This document shows positions 39,254 through 49,585 of a DNA stretch of 56,570 nucleotides, one piece after another. Position 1 is the stretch's first letter. Each line of letters starts with the position of its first letter. The notes below the pieces were generated by a model. The model had not been told where the DNA came from and searched no databases. It worked only from the letters and a program-made list of their open reading frames with translations. Position numbers and translations under genes: made by a program. The stretch spans positions 1-56,570 of the forward strand of contig NZ_CBFHKW010000006.1 in assembly GCF_965656515.1 (NCBI RefSeq), in the 5' to 3' direction. Source of the stretch: Celeribacter marinus. GTDB taxonomy: Bacteria; Pseudomonadota; Alphaproteobacteria; Rhodobacterales; Rhodobacteraceae.

Positions 39254-40765
39254 ATGACAGCAATCCCATCAGTCGATCTTTTCGTAATTGGCGGCGGCAT
39301 CAACGGCGCAGGGATTGCGCGGGACGCCGCAGGGCGCGGGCTTAGCGTGGTGTTGTGTGAAAAGGACGATCTGGCCGAGGGCACATCGTCGCGTTCGGGT
39401 AAGCTTGTGCATGGCGGGTTGCGCTACTTGGAATACTACGAGTTTCGGTTGGTGCGGGAGGCGTTGATTGAGCGCGAAGTCCTGATGAACGCCGCGCCGC
39501 ACATTATTTGGCCGATGCGCTTTGTCTTGCCGCATTCCCCCGATGATCGTCCGGCTTGGCTCGTGCGCTTGGGGCTGTTTTTGTATGACCATCTGGGCGG
39601 GCGCAAAAAACTTCCCGGAACGCGGACGCTGAATTTGCGCCGTGACCCTGAGGGGGCACCGCTGCTTGATCAATACAAACGCGGATTTGAATATTCCGAT
39701 TGCTGGGTCGATGACGCCCGTTTGGTTGTACTCAATGCGGTTGATGCGGCAAATCACGGCGCGACTGTGCTGACACGCACCGCTTGCACATCCGCGCGGC
39801 GCGAAGAGGGCGCATGGCGGATCACGACCACTGACACGCTCACAGGCGAGCCGCGCCAGTTTCGCGCAAAGGTTCTGGTCAATGCCGCAGGGCCATGGGT
39901 GAGCGATGTTCTAACCCGCGTGGCGGGCGCAAATTCAAGCCGCAACGTGCGTCTCGTTAAAGGCTCGCACATCGTTGTGCCAAAGTTCTGGGAGGGGCAA
40001 AACGCCTATCTGGTGCAAAACCACGACAAGCGCGTGATCTTTATCAACCCCTATGAGGGCGACAAGGCTCTGATCGGCACCACGGACATTTCGTATGAGG
40101 GCCGCGCCGAGGATGTGACGCCCGATGAGAGCGAAATTGAATACCTGATTACGGCGGTGAACCGCTACTTTAAGGAAAAACTGAGCCGCAGTGATGTGGT
40201 TGAGAGCTTTTCGGGCGTGCGTCCGTTGTTTGATGACGGGCAGGGCAATCCCTCTGCGGTGACGCGCGATTATGTGTTTGATCTCGATGAGGTGGGCGGT
40301 GCGCCACTCCTGAATATCTTTGGGGGAAAGATCACCACCTTTCGCGAGTTGGCCGAACGCGGCTTGCACAAAATTGCGGGCTTTTTCCCAACCATGGGCG
40401 CGGATTGGACGAAAACCGCACCGCTTCCGGGGGGCGATATTCCAGACGCGGATTACGCGGCATATGCGCAAACCCTCAAAGCGCAATACCCGTGGATGCC
40501 GCGCAGTCTGCGCTTGCACTACGGGCGGCTTTACGGCGCACGGATCGACATGGTGGTGGGAGAGGCAACCACACTTGACGGATTAGGACAGCACTTTGGC
40601 GGTGATCTGTATGAGGCCGAGGCACGCTATCTCATGGCGCATGAATGGGCACAAACCCCACAAGACATCTTGTGGCGGCGGACCAAACATCGGTTGCACC
40701 TCAGTGATGCACAACAAATAGCCTTTGGCGCGTGGATGAATGCCGCCACGCAAAAGGCGGCTTAA
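39254..40765 (+). CDS. eryB: Erythritol-phosphate dehydrogenase (GlpD-like flavoprotein)
   Basis: IGGGINGAG, SSRSGKLVHGGLRYLE, GVRPL, GGKITT motifs; ery context. Confidence 0.88.
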   Translation: MTAIPSVDLFVIGGGINGAGIARDAAGRGLSVVLCEKDDLAEGTSSRSGKLVHGGLRYLEYYEFRLVREALIEREVLMNAAPHIIWPMRFVLPHSPDDRPAWLVRLGLFLYDHLGGRKKLPGTRTLNLRRDPEGAPLLDQYKRGFEYSDCWVDDARLVVLNAVDAANHGATVLTRTACTSARREEGAWRITTTDTLTGEPRQFRAKVLVNAAGPWVSDVLTRVAGANSSRNVRLVKGSHIVVPKFWEGQNAYLVQNHDKRVIFINPYEGDKALIGTTDISYEGRAEDVTPDESEIEYLITAVNRYFKEKLSRSDVVESFSGVRPLFDDGQGNPSAVTRDYVFDLDEVGGAPLLNIFGGKITTFRELAERGLHKIAGFFPTMGADWTKTAPLPGGDIPDADYAAYAQTLKAQYPWMPRSLRLHYGRLYGARIDMVVGEATTLDGLGQHFGGDLYEAEARYLMAHEWAQTPQDILWRRTKHRLHLSDAQQIAFGAWMNAATQKAA

Positions 40766-40766
40766 T

Positions 40767-41699
40767 ATGGCGCTGTCTCTTTCGTTGAACACCAACCCGT
40801 TGGTCAACCGCTTTGCCGAGCCGGATGATTTGATTGACGCCGTTGCACACACGCTACGCATTCGGGATCTGCAACTGACTCATGAGTTTATCAACCCGAG
40901 TTGGCCCGCCTCGGTCATTCGCCGGTTGACGCGTGATATGGCGCAGGCGTTGAGCCGCACCGGTGTGCGCGTGACAAGCGGGATGACGGGGCCATACGGA
41001 CGTCTCAACCATTTTGGTCACCCCGACCATGACGTGCGTAGGTACTACGTGGAGTGGTTCAAAACATTCGCGGACATCACGGCGGAATTGGGCGGAACAT
41101 CTGTGGGTACGCAGTTTGCGATTTTCACCTATAAGGATTTTGACGATCCCGCACGGCGCGAGGCGTTGATCGAGATCGCGATTGAGTGTTGGGCCGACGT
41201 GGCCGAACATGCGAAGGCGGCAGGATTGTCATATGTGTATTGGGAGCCGATGAGTGTCGGGCGCGAATTTGGAGAGACGATCCAGACATGTCTCGCCCTG
41301 CAAGAGCGGCTCACAGCGACCAATATGGCCCTTCCGATGTGGATGATGGCGGACATTGATCATGGCGATGTCACCAGTCCGAACCCTGACGACTATGACC
41401 CATATGCGTGGGCGCGCGCCGTTCCGCAGGTCAGCCCGATCATCCATATCAAACAAAGCCTGTTGGACAAAGGCGGGCATCGTCCCTTTACGGCCGCGTT
41501 CAATGCACAAGGTCGCATTCAGCCCGCCCCGCTATTGACCGCACTGGCACAGGGTGGCGCGCGTGACAATGAAATCTGCCTTGAGTTGAGCTTCAAAGAG
41601 CGCGAGCCAAATGACCGCGAGGTGATGTCCCAAATTGCCGAGAGTGTCGCGTTTTGGGCGCCACACATCGAGACGGGTGCACAAGATTTGAACATCTAA
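40767..41699 (+). CDS. eryC: D-erythrulose-1-phosphate 3-epimerase (TIM barrel)
   Basis: MALSLSLNTNPLVNRFAEPDDL, GPYGRLNHFGHPD, WEPMS, DIDHGD motifs recognised as EryC-like. Confidence 0.85.
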   Translation: MALSLSLNTNPLVNRFAEPDDLIDAVAHTLRIRDLQLTHEFINPSWPASVIRRLTRDMAQALSRTGVRVTSGMTGPYGRLNHFGHPDHDVRRYYVEWFKTFADITAELGGTSVGTQFAIFTYKDFDDPARREALIEIAIECWADVAEHAKAAGLSYVYWEPMSVGREFGETIQTCLALQERLTATNMALPMWMMADIDHGDVTSPNPDDYDPYAWARAVPQVSPIIHIKQSLLDKGGHRPFTAAFNAQGRIQPAPLLTALAQGGARDNEICLELSFKEREPNDREVMSQIAESVAFWAPHIETGAQDLNI

Positions 41700-41833
41700 G
41701 ACCATCAATCGCTTGATATGCAAAATAATCATAGCTTTATCAGGTCGACGCATTATTAATCACGGGCCGATACGGGAGAGATCGGGTGTGGGGCGTGCAT
41801 CGCCGCGCAGACGCGAGGGACGGAGCACCGCTG

Positions 41834-42787
41834 ATGGCAAAGGTCGTAGGCACGAGCACAAACGAGCAAAGCCTCGCAATTCGCGCCGCTTGGCTGCACT
41901 ACGTTGGCGGCTTGACACAGGCGGCGGTGGCCAAAAAGCTGGGCCTGCCTTCTGTTAAAACCCACCGCCTTATTGCGCGCGCTGTCGCGGATGGTGCGGT
42001 TAAGGTCGCTATTGATGGTGATATTATTGAATGCATCGAGTTAGAGGCGCAACTGTCCGAGCGGTTTGGCCTAAGCACGTGCGAGGTTGCTCCAGATCTG
42101 GGCGAGGAGGGGTTGCCCCTTCGCACGCTTGGCGTAGCGGGGGCCGCGTTTTTGCAACGGCTGTTGGAAAGTGGCTCACCCACCACCATCGGGATCGGTC
42201 ACGGGCGCACCCTTGCGGCGGCTGTGCGTCAATTGCCGCGTTGTGATGCAACGTCCACGCGGTTTGTCTCGCTTTTGGGTGGATTGACCCGCAACTTCTC
42301 TGCCAATCCGCATGACGTTATGCACCGGTTGGCCGAAAAGACCGGTGCGACCGCCTATGTGATGCCCGTGCCGTTTTTCGCCAATACCCCCCATGACCGT
42401 GAGGTGTTATTGGCGCAAAAAGGCGTGCGGGATGTCTTTGAAATGGGACAACGCGCGCCGCTAAAAATTGTCGGCATTGGCACTGTCGCGTCCGAAACCC
42501 AATTGGTGACGTCAGGCATGATCGAGCAAAGCGAAATTCACGAGATTTCGGCTGCGGGTGCGGCGGGCGAATTGCTTGGCAGTTTCTTTAGTGCGCAGGG
42601 GTGTAGCCTTGAGACCACATTGACCGCGCGCACCTTGGCCGTTGCGTGTCTGTCGGGGGGACAAGATCAAGTGGTCGCCTTGGCCGGTGGTCCCGACAAA
42701 GTAGCCGCAATCCGCGCCGTTCTCTCGAGCGGTTGCCTATCCGGCCTGATCACCGACGAGAAAACAGCCAAGGCGCTTATGGCCTAA
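41834..42787 (+). CDS. eryD: Erythritol operon repressor (SorC/DeoR sugar-binding family)
   Basis: RAAWLHYVGGLTQAAVAKKLG HTH, GIGHGRT, LITDE motifs. Confidence 0.85.
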   Translation: MAKVVGTSTNEQSLAIRAAWLHYVGGLTQAAVAKKLGLPSVKTHRLIARAVADGAVKVAIDGDIIECIELEAQLSERFGLSTCEVAPDLGEEGLPLRTLGVAGAAFLQRLLESGSPTTIGIGHGRTLAAAVRQLPRCDATSTRFVSLLGGLTRNFSANPHDVMHRLAEKTGATAYVMPVPFFANTPHDREVLLAQKGVRDVFEMGQRAPLKIVGIGTVASETQLVTSGMIEQSEIHEISAAGAAGELLGSFFSAQGCSLETTLTARTLAVACLSGGQDQVVALAGGPDKVAAIRAVLSSGCLSGLITDEKTAKALMA

Positions 42788-42797
42788 CTTGCGGGCC

Positions 42798-42932
42798 TTA
42801 GTCGCGTGGCGCCTGGTCGCCAGACGCCCCCGACATTTTGCGCTCGTCCTCTTTCAGCTCCAGCCACATTGCGTTCATCACCGCGAAAATAGCCGCCAGT
42901 GGAAGTCCCAGTATCCATGCAAAATACCACAT
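42798..42932 (-). CDS. cydX: Cytochrome bd oxidase small subunit
   Basis: MWYFAWILGLPLAAIFAVMNAMWLE; AAGGA upstream. Confidence 0.9.
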   Translation of the reverse strand: MWYFAWILGLPLAAIFAVMNAMWLELKEDERKMSGASGDQAPRD

Positions 42933-42946
42933 AAGATGTCCTTTCT

Positions 42947-44110
42947 TTAATACACAGAGTGAGAGTTTTCGGACACATCGGCTTCGGTGACCTTGCCCCA
43001 CAAAACCTTGTAGACCCATGCGGTATACATCAAAATCAGCGGCATAAAGATCACCGTGGCCACCAGCATGACAAACAATGTCAGGTGCGACGAGGAACTG
43101 TTCCACACCGTGAGCGATGATTTTGGATCGCTCGACGAGGGCATGATGAACGGGAACATGGTCAAACCGACCGATGAGATCACGCCCAAAATGGCCATCT
43201 TGGACACGAGGAGCGTGGAGATTTCACGCCCCGCGCGCAGACCTACAAAGGTAAGCAAGCCGCCGATGATGCCCAAAGCGGGCGCAATCGCAATCCACGG
43301 ACGCACGCTATAGGCCGACAACCAGCTTGATGTGCGCGCCACCTCGAAATGCAGCGGGTTTGACGGACCATCGGTGACATAGGCGCCCACGATTTCAAAC
43401 CCTTGGATGCCAACAGCCAGCCACACACCCGCAAGGATGTATCCACCCACCGCAACAAGGGCCGCAACCGACCCGATGGCGCGGGCGCGTGTTTGTACGG
43501 GGCCGTCCGCCTTGAGCGTGAGCCACGCACTGCCGTGCATCACAAGCATGGACAGCGACACCACGCCAGCCAGAAGCGAGAACGGATCAAGCAGGCCGAT
43601 AAACTTCATATACCAAGCCCCCTCATAGATGGTGTGCAAATCATCGGTAAAGTGGAATGGAACCCCTTGGATGACGTTGCCCACAGCCACGCCAAACAAA
43701 AGTGCGGGAACGGCACCACTTGCAAACAAGGCCCAATCCCATGTGCTACGCCACCGCGGGTCGTCACGTTTGGAGCGGTATTTGAACGCCACGGGACGCA
43801 CAATAAAGGCGGCAAGGATCACGAACATCGCTAGGTAAAAGCCCGAAAAGCTGACGGCATACAGTGGCGGCCACGCGGCAAAGATCGCACCACCCCCGAG
43901 GATAAACCAAACTTGGTTGCCCTCCCAAACCGGCCCGACCGTGTTGATCGCCACGCGGCGTTCGATGTCGGTTTTGGCCACAAAGGGCAAGAGTGCGCCC
44001 ACGCCCATATCAAACCCGTCCGTTAGGGCAAATCCGATGAGCAATACGCCAAGCAATCCCCACCAGATCACGCGGAGCAGTTCGTATGTCATAAGGTCAT
44101 GTAAAATCAT
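42947..44110 (-). CDS. cydB: Cytochrome bd ubiquinol oxidase subunit II
   Basis: DGFDMGVG, GPVWEGNQVW, SSLTVWNSSSS motifs. Confidence 0.96.
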   Translation of the reverse strand: MILHDLMTYELLRVIWWGLLGVLLIGFALTDGFDMGVGALLPFVAKTDIERRVAINTVGPVWEGNQVWFILGGGAIFAAWPPLYAVSFSGFYLAMFVILAAFIVRPVAFKYRSKRDDPRWRSTWDWALFASGAVPALLFGVAVGNVIQGVPFHFTDDLHTIYEGAWYMKFIGLLDPFSLLAGVVSLSMLVMHGSAWLTLKADGPVQTRARAIGSVAALVAVGGYILAGVWLAVGIQGFEIVGAYVTDGPSNPLHFEVARTSSWLSAYSVRPWIAIAPALGIIGGLLTFVGLRAGREISTLLVSKMAILGVISSVGLTMFPFIMPSSSDPKSSLTVWNSSSSHLTLFVMLVATVIFMPLILMYTAWVYKVLWGKVTEADVSENSHSVY

Positions 44111-44115
44111 CTGTC

Positions 44116-45726
44116 TTACTCCGCTGGTGTCGCGATGGCGTCGGCATTGCGCCGACCCGCCAAGCGATCAGTATGGCGTTTGTTCCACGCATCGGTTTCG
44201 TCCACGTCCTGATAGGGGCCTTTACGGATGTATTTGAGCATCAGACCCATCTCGACGATGAACAAGATTGTGTAGAAAATCACAAATCCGGCCAGTGTTA
44301 GCGCAACTTCGGTCATCGATAGCGCGCTGACGGACATGGCGGTCGGCAAGACACCGTCGACGGTCCACGGCTGACGGCCGTATTCGGCCACAAACCACCC
44401 GAGTTCTGCGGCGATCCACGGTGCGGGGATCATCCAGACGGCCAAATGCAATGCAGGGCGCGGAAACTTCATGCCCTTGAACGAGGCGCGGTAAAAGAAA
44501 TACGCCATGGTTGCGATGAACCCGAACCCGAGCCCAACCATGATGCGAAACGCCCAAAACAATGGCCAGACCGTGGGCACAGTGTCATTTGCTGCGGCAA
44601 TAATTTGGGCTTCGGTGGCGTCCATCGGATTGTCGACGTACTTTTTAAGCAAGAACGCAAAGCCAAGGTCGGCGGAATGCGCCTCGAAGGTGGCCATGAC
44701 GGCGGGGTCTGTGGCCTCACGGTTGACCCGCACATCCAGTAGCGCTTCATAGGCGATTATCCCCGAGCGCACGCGCTGTTCTGCGTTTGCCACCAACTCG
44801 TTGATTCCGGGAATTTCGGTGGTCAAGGACCGCGTGCCAATCAACCCCATCGCCCACGGGATTTCGATTGCGTAATGAGTCTCACGGGCCTCTTGGTCGG
44901 GAAAGCCGATCAGATTAAAGGGGGCAGGGGCATCATGTGTCTCCCACATTGCCTCGATCGCCGCGAGTTTCATTTTCTGGCTGTGGGTCGCGGAGTAGCC
45001 TGACTCGTCCCCAAGCAGCACAACCGAAAACGCAGCAGCGAGGCCAAACGCGGCCGCAACCGTGATGGAGCGGCGCGCCAGTTCGACATGGCGGTCGCGC
45101 AGCAAATACCACGCAGACACCCCGATCACAAAGACCGATGCGGTGACGTATCCGGCGGACACGGTGTGTACAAATTTCGCTTGAGCCACTTCGTTGAACA
45201 TGACCTCAAAGAAATTAGTCATTTCCATGCGCATGGTCATCGGATTGAACTCGGCCCCGACCGGATTTTGCATCCACCCGTTAGCGATCAAAATCCACAG
45301 TGCCGAAAAATTCGACCCGATTGCAACGAGCCACGCCACGCTGAGGTGTCCGACCTTGCTGAGTTTATCCCATCCAAAGAAGAATAACCCGACAAAGGTT
45401 GCTTCTAAAAAGAACGCCATAAGCCCCTCAATGGCCAGAGGGGCCCCGAAAATGTCGCCAACATAATGGCTGTAATAGCTCCAGTTCATTCCGAACTGGA
45501 ATTCCATGGTGATGCCCGTGGCGACCCCAAGCACAAAGTTGATGCCGAACAACATGCCCCAAAATTTGGTCATTTGTCGCCAAATCGGTCGGTTGGTCAT
45601 GACATAGACCGTTTCCATAATGGCGACGAGGATCGACAGTCCCAACGTAAGCGGTACGAAGAGAAAGTGGTACATGACCGTTACGGCAAACTGTAGACGG
45701 GATAATTCGACGATACCGAATTCCAT
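44116..45726 (-). CDS. cydA: Cytochrome bd ubiquinol oxidase subunit I
   Basis: LSRLQFA, YHFLFVPLT, EFQFGMNW, KLAAIE, EYGRQPW motifs; long Q-loop. Confidence 0.97.
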   Translation of the reverse strand: MEFGIVELSRLQFAVTVMYHFLFVPLTLGLSILVAIMETVYVMTNRPIWRQMTKFWGMLFGINFVLGVATGITMEFQFGMNWSYYSHYVGDIFGAPLAIEGLMAFFLEATFVGLFFFGWDKLSKVGHLSVAWLVAIGSNFSALWILIANGWMQNPVGAEFNPMTMRMEMTNFFEVMFNEVAQAKFVHTVSAGYVTASVFVIGVSAWYLLRDRHVELARRSITVAAAFGLAAAFSVVLLGDESGYSATHSQKMKLAAIEAMWETHDAPAPFNLIGFPDQEARETHYAIEIPWAMGLIGTRSLTTEIPGINELVANAEQRVRSGIIAYEALLDVRVNREATDPAVMATFEAHSADLGFAFLLKKYVDNPMDATEAQIIAAANDTVPTVWPLFWAFRIMVGLGFGFIATMAYFFYRASFKGMKFPRPALHLAVWMIPAPWIAAELGWFVAEYGRQPWTVDGVLPTAMSVSALSMTEVALTLAGFVIFYTILFIVEMGLMLKYIRKGPYQDVDETDAWNKRHTDRLAGRRNADAIATPAE

Positions 45727-45812
45727 TGATTTAGCTCCAACTTGTATGAGGCGACGCGGGTCACAAACTATTCAATTATGGGAATGCATAGCGCTTCACT
45801 TGGGGCGAAACG

Positions 45813-45826
45813 TTGATCTAGGTCAA
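45813..45826. promoter_or_regulatory. FNR/FnrL-type box upstream of cydA
   Basis: TTGAT-CTAG-GTCAA, one mismatch from TTGAT-N4-ATCAA. Confidence 0.75.
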
Positions 45827-45848
45827 TAAGGGATATCTTAGATGTAGC

Positions 45849-47531
45849 TTAGGTGATCGGCAAAATCCGATCCGCGCAGTCGATTTCGACACGGCGGTGA
45901 GCCGCGATCAATATAGCGGCGTTCGGTAAAAACGTCCGCACACCTTGTAGGACCATCAGCGCGGTAGGATCATCCAACCCTTCGGTCGGCTCGTCGAGCA
46001 ATAGCACGTTTGGATGTCGCAGCATCGCGCGTGCCAAGGTCAATCGCCGTGCTTCGCCGCCCGATAGTCCATCGCCGCGTGCCCCGATCCGTGTGTCAAG
46101 CCCGTCGCGTGCGCGCATCGTGGCGGCCAGTTGCACCACCTCAAGCACTTGCCACAGCGCGGTGTCGTCACACTGAGCGGCCCCAAGGTGCAACGCATCA
46201 CGTACAGATCCCGACATCACCGCGCTGCGTTGTGGCAAAAGCGCGAGTGAACCGCGCAAACGGTCCTCAGTGCAATCGAGCACAGACGTCTCGCCAAGCA
46301 AAATGTGGCCCGCAGCAATCGGATGGAGGGCCGCGATCGCCAGCAACAGTGTTGATTTTCCAATCCCGCTTGGCCCTGTAAGGGCGACTGTTTCACCCGC
46401 ATTCACCGTGAGGCTCACAGCGTTAAGAAGGACATCGTTCGTACCTGCGCGGTGCACGGTCACCGATTGCAAATGTAGTGCGCCCTCGCATGGGGCGCCA
46501 TCGGTGTTCACAGGCGCGTTTGATACGGGCGCGTCTGACACGGGCGCGAGAGGCACGGGCGCGGTTGCGATATCGGGCAACATCCGCCGCGCTGCCTCCA
46601 TCATGCCACCAATATCACCGGCGGCCCTGCGCATCGGCACGATGGTTTCCGCCAGTGCAAGTGTCGTAAAAAACGCAAGAGCGGCGAGGGGCGGGCCGAT
46701 GGTGCCCGATTGCGCCAGTGTTATACCGTGCCAAAGTGTGCCCGCCGACACCACCACCGCGATGATCTGGATCGCGGCACCTGACAGGCGTTCCACCCGA
46801 TCCTGATGGCTGCGCAACGCGAGGCGGCGGGTTTCGGCCTTTAGGGTCAGATCAACCTGCGCGGTCATTTGCCCGTAGGCTGCAAGGTCACGGCGCGCTC
46901 GGATCAGGTCAATGAAACGAGCGCGAAACGCGTGTGATGCCGCTTGCGTGCGCCGCGACAAGGATGCGGTTTTGCGCAGGGTCGCCCAAAAAACCACACC
47001 CGCCCCAAGGCTGAACCCTAAGAAGATCCAAAGTGCGATTGGCAAGCTCACGAGCCACCAAAGTGCCACAAACGCGATCAATTGCGCACATAGCCCCGCC
47101 AATACGGGCAACACCAGACGCAAAGACACGCCATCCAGAGTGTCCACATCCAATGTGAGCCTGTTTAAGGCTTGCGCGCCTCTCAGCCGGATCACTCGGT
47201 CGTAGCGCGCCGCCATTACGCCGCGCAAAACACTCACACGCAGCGATTGCAGTGCGCGCAAGGTGGCGTCATGGGTCAGCACACGTTCACCGTATCTGGC
47301 CGCGGCACGCCCCAATGCCAAGAAACGCACCATTGCCGAGGGACGAAACACATCAAACATCGCGCCTACGCCCGCCAATCCCGCAGCGGCCGCCGCCGTG
47401 ATGAACCATCCCGACAGGCCTAACAGTGCGGCCCCCATACCAAGGACAATCACGCCAAGCAGCGCGCCACGACTCATTGAAACCCGTTGCTCGCGCAAAA
47501 TGAGCGCAAAGATTTGCCAAAGCGCGCTCAT
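45849..47531 (-). CDS. cydC: Thiol/heme ABC exporter subunit CydC
   Basis: LLGLSGWFI, RYGERVLTHDATL, GPSGIGKS, LSGGEARR, LDEPTEGLD motifs. Confidence 0.88.
   Translation of the reverse strand: MSALWQIFALILREQRVSMSRGALLGVIVLGMGAALLGLSGWFITAAAAAGLAGVGAMFDVFRPSAMVRFLALGRAAARYGERVLTHDATLRALQSLRVSVLRGVMAARYDRVIRLRGAQALNRLTLDVDTLDGVSLRLVLPVLAGLCAQLIAFVALWWLVSLPIALWIFLGFSLGAGVVFWATLRKTASLSRRTQAASHAFRARFIDLIRARRDLAAYGQMTAQVDLTLKAETRRLALRSHQDRVERLSGAAIQIIAVVVSAGTLWHGITLAQSGTIGPPLAALAFFTTLALAETIVPMRRAAGDIGGMMEAARRMLPDIATAPVPLAPVSDAPVSNAPVNTDGAPCEGALHLQSVTVHRAGTNDVLLNAVSLTVNAGETVALTGPSGIGKSTLLLAIAALHPIAAGHILLGETSVLDCTEDRLRGSLALLPQRSAVMSGSVRDALHLGAAQCDDTALWQVLEVVQLAATMRARDGLDTRIGARGDGLSGGEARRLTLARAMLRHPNVLLLDEPTEGLDDPTALMVLQGVRTFLPNAAILIAAHRRVEIDCADRILPIT
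46510..46569. repeat. Four degenerate 15-bp tandem repeats within cydC (APVxx linker)
   Basis: ACAGGCGCGTTTGAT / ACGGGCGCGTCTGAC / ACGGGCGCGAGAGGC / ACGGGCGCGGTTGCG. Confidence 0.7.
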
Positions 47532-49201
47532 TGTAACGCCTCGATAGAAATGATCCTGTCCATCTTGGCCGCCAAATCTGGATCATGGGTTGCAACAATC
47601 ACCGTGGCCCCGCGCGCGACCTGCGCCAAAAGGCCATTGGTGACCGCGTTTGCGGTCTTTCGATCCAAATCTGCTGTGGGTTCATCGGCGATGATCACGT
47701 CCGGTTCGCCGAATATGGCGCGCGCCAGTGTCACTCGCCGCGCCTCACCGCCCGATAACCCGCCACCGGTTTCGCCCAACCGTGTGTTGAGACCTTGGGG
47801 CAGGCGGTTGATCACGGCCTCCACGGCTGCGTGTTCTAGGGCAGCTGATAAATCGCCCGCGCGGCCAAGTTGCACATTGTGGCGCACACTGGCGTTGAGA
47901 AAATGCGGAGCTTGGGGCATCCAACCGACACGGGCGCGCCATGGATCAGCAGTTGCGTCCGTAAGCGCCACTCCCGCAAGCGTGATCTGCCCGACATTCG
48001 GTCCCTCTAGCCCCGCCATGAGCCGCAGGGCCGTGGTTTTGCCTGCGCCACTTGGCCCCATGATCGCCACACTCTCGCCCGCTGCAATGTCGATGTCGGC
48101 CAAGACTGTGCCGTTGTGCAGCGCACATCCGCGCAGCGCAATCGAGGGCGCTCCTGTCAAAGGCGCGCACGCGCCGCCTTGACCCATTAAGACCGCCGTT
48201 TGTTGGGCGTCCCATATGTGCAGTTCGTCAAACACCGCGTCTGCCGCAGCTTTGTCATGCCACGCCGCCGACAAATCTCGCAGGGGTTGATAGAACTCGG
48301 GTGTCAACAACAGCAAAAAGATCCCGACTTGCGGCGTCAATGCGCCGTTCCATGTCCCAAAGCCGAGCGTGCCGAGCAATGAAAACCCGACATAGACCGC
48401 GACCATCGCCACACCGATTGCTGCGAACAACTCGAGCACCGTGGAGGACAAAAACGCCACGCGCAAAACGGCCATCGTGCGGTGACGCAAATCCGTGGCC
48501 TGACCTGAAAACCCGTCTAAAACCGCGTCCCGCGCGCCCAAAAGGCGGATATCGACCAAGGCCGATAGTCTTTCGACCAACATGTCGTTGAGGTTGCCAA
48601 TTTCCCTTAGGTGTTTCTGGCTCGTCTCTTTTGCGGCCATGCCGATGAGCGCCATGAAAATGGGGATCAACGGGCCGGAGATCATAAGAACAAGAGCCAC
48701 CGCCCACGATTGCGATAGTGCAAGCATCAAGATCACAAGCGGCACCACCATCACACGCGCCCGTGCAGGGGCGTAGCGCGTGATAAATGGCACAAGCAGG
48801 TCGAGCTTTTCACTGGCCAATGCCGTGATAGCGCCGGCCCCACCAAAGGGGCTATCTGCGGCGCGGCGCGCTTCAACAGCTACGATATGCGCGCGTGCGC
48901 GGTGAATGATCGTCTGTGCGGCGGCCTGCGCGTATGCCTCGCTTGCCATCGTCAGTCCCGCCCGCAATAGCCCAAGGCCGGCAAAGGCTATCGCGATGCC
49001 AAGCGCAAAGACCGTCTGTCCGTTGAGCAATCCGCCCAAGGCATAGGCCACGACCGCCGCTTGTACGGGCCACAGCAGTCCTGACGCCACGGACAAAACA
49101 CTGGCGCGGCGATGCTGGGCCGCGCCAGCTGCCATCAGCCCTACACGCGAGACGGGGCTGTCGGTGTCGTTTGCTATGGTGTTGGGTGTGGTTGAGGTCA
49201 C
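47528..49201 (-). CDS. cydD: Thiol/heme ABC exporter subunit CydD
   Basis: PLIPIFMALIG, TMAVLRVAFLSSTVLE, PEFYQPLRDL, GPSGAGKT, LSGGEARR motifs. Confidence 0.9.
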   Translation of the reverse strand: MTSTTPNTIANDTDSPVSRVGLMAAGAAQHRRASVLSVASGLLWPVQAAVVAYALGGLLNGQTVFALGIAIAFAGLGLLRAGLTMASEAYAQAAAQTIIHRARAHIVAVEARRAADSPFGGAGAITALASEKLDLLVPFITRYAPARARVMVVPLVILMLALSQSWAVALVLMISGPLIPIFMALIGMAAKETSQKHLREIGNLNDMLVERLSALVDIRLLGARDAVLDGFSGQATDLRHRTMAVLRVAFLSSTVLELFAAIGVAMVAVYVGFSLLGTLGFGTWNGALTPQVGIFLLLLTPEFYQPLRDLSAAWHDKAAADAVFDELHIWDAQQTAVLMGQGGACAPLTGAPSIALRGCALHNGTVLADIDIAAGESVAIMGPSGAGKTTALRLMAGLEGPNVGQITLAGVALTDATADPWRARVGWMPQAPHFLNASVRHNVQLGRAGDLSAALEHAAVEAVINRLPQGLNTRLGETGGGLSGGEARRVTLARAIFGEPDVIIADEPTADLDRKTANAVTNGLLAQVARGATVIVATHDPDLAAKMDRIISIEALQ

Positions 49202-49585
49202 GAGAACTCGCGATATCGTTAAAAGCTGGTTTGGTCTATGCGGCCTGTCATATCACGGCCGTGTCGAAATGGAAGCTGTCGGGCGTTGTCCGTTTCAACG
49301 CAGGTTTAACGTGTCAGAGCTATGCCGCGCTTGGAAAGAGCTATGTTTGCGCGTCCTATTTTTGCGCGCGCAATCGTGCAAATACGCGCCTTTAGAGTAG
49401 TTTGGCCGATTTCAAAGGGTATGCCCTAAATGGTTTTTGACCCCTCATGTCTTGGAGGTCAAGGAATGCAACGGGGGTGTGCAGAACGTTTCGGGCTGAT
49501 TTGACGCAGGTAAGCTTTCATTTGTGATGAACTTATGGTCCTGATGATGTCAGAGGTCCAAACTTGACAGAAAAGAGACGCAACA

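Noticed and set aside
39254-40765. Glycerol-3-phosphate dehydrogenase glpD
   Set aside because: Its position between eryA-like and eryC-like genes favours eryB.
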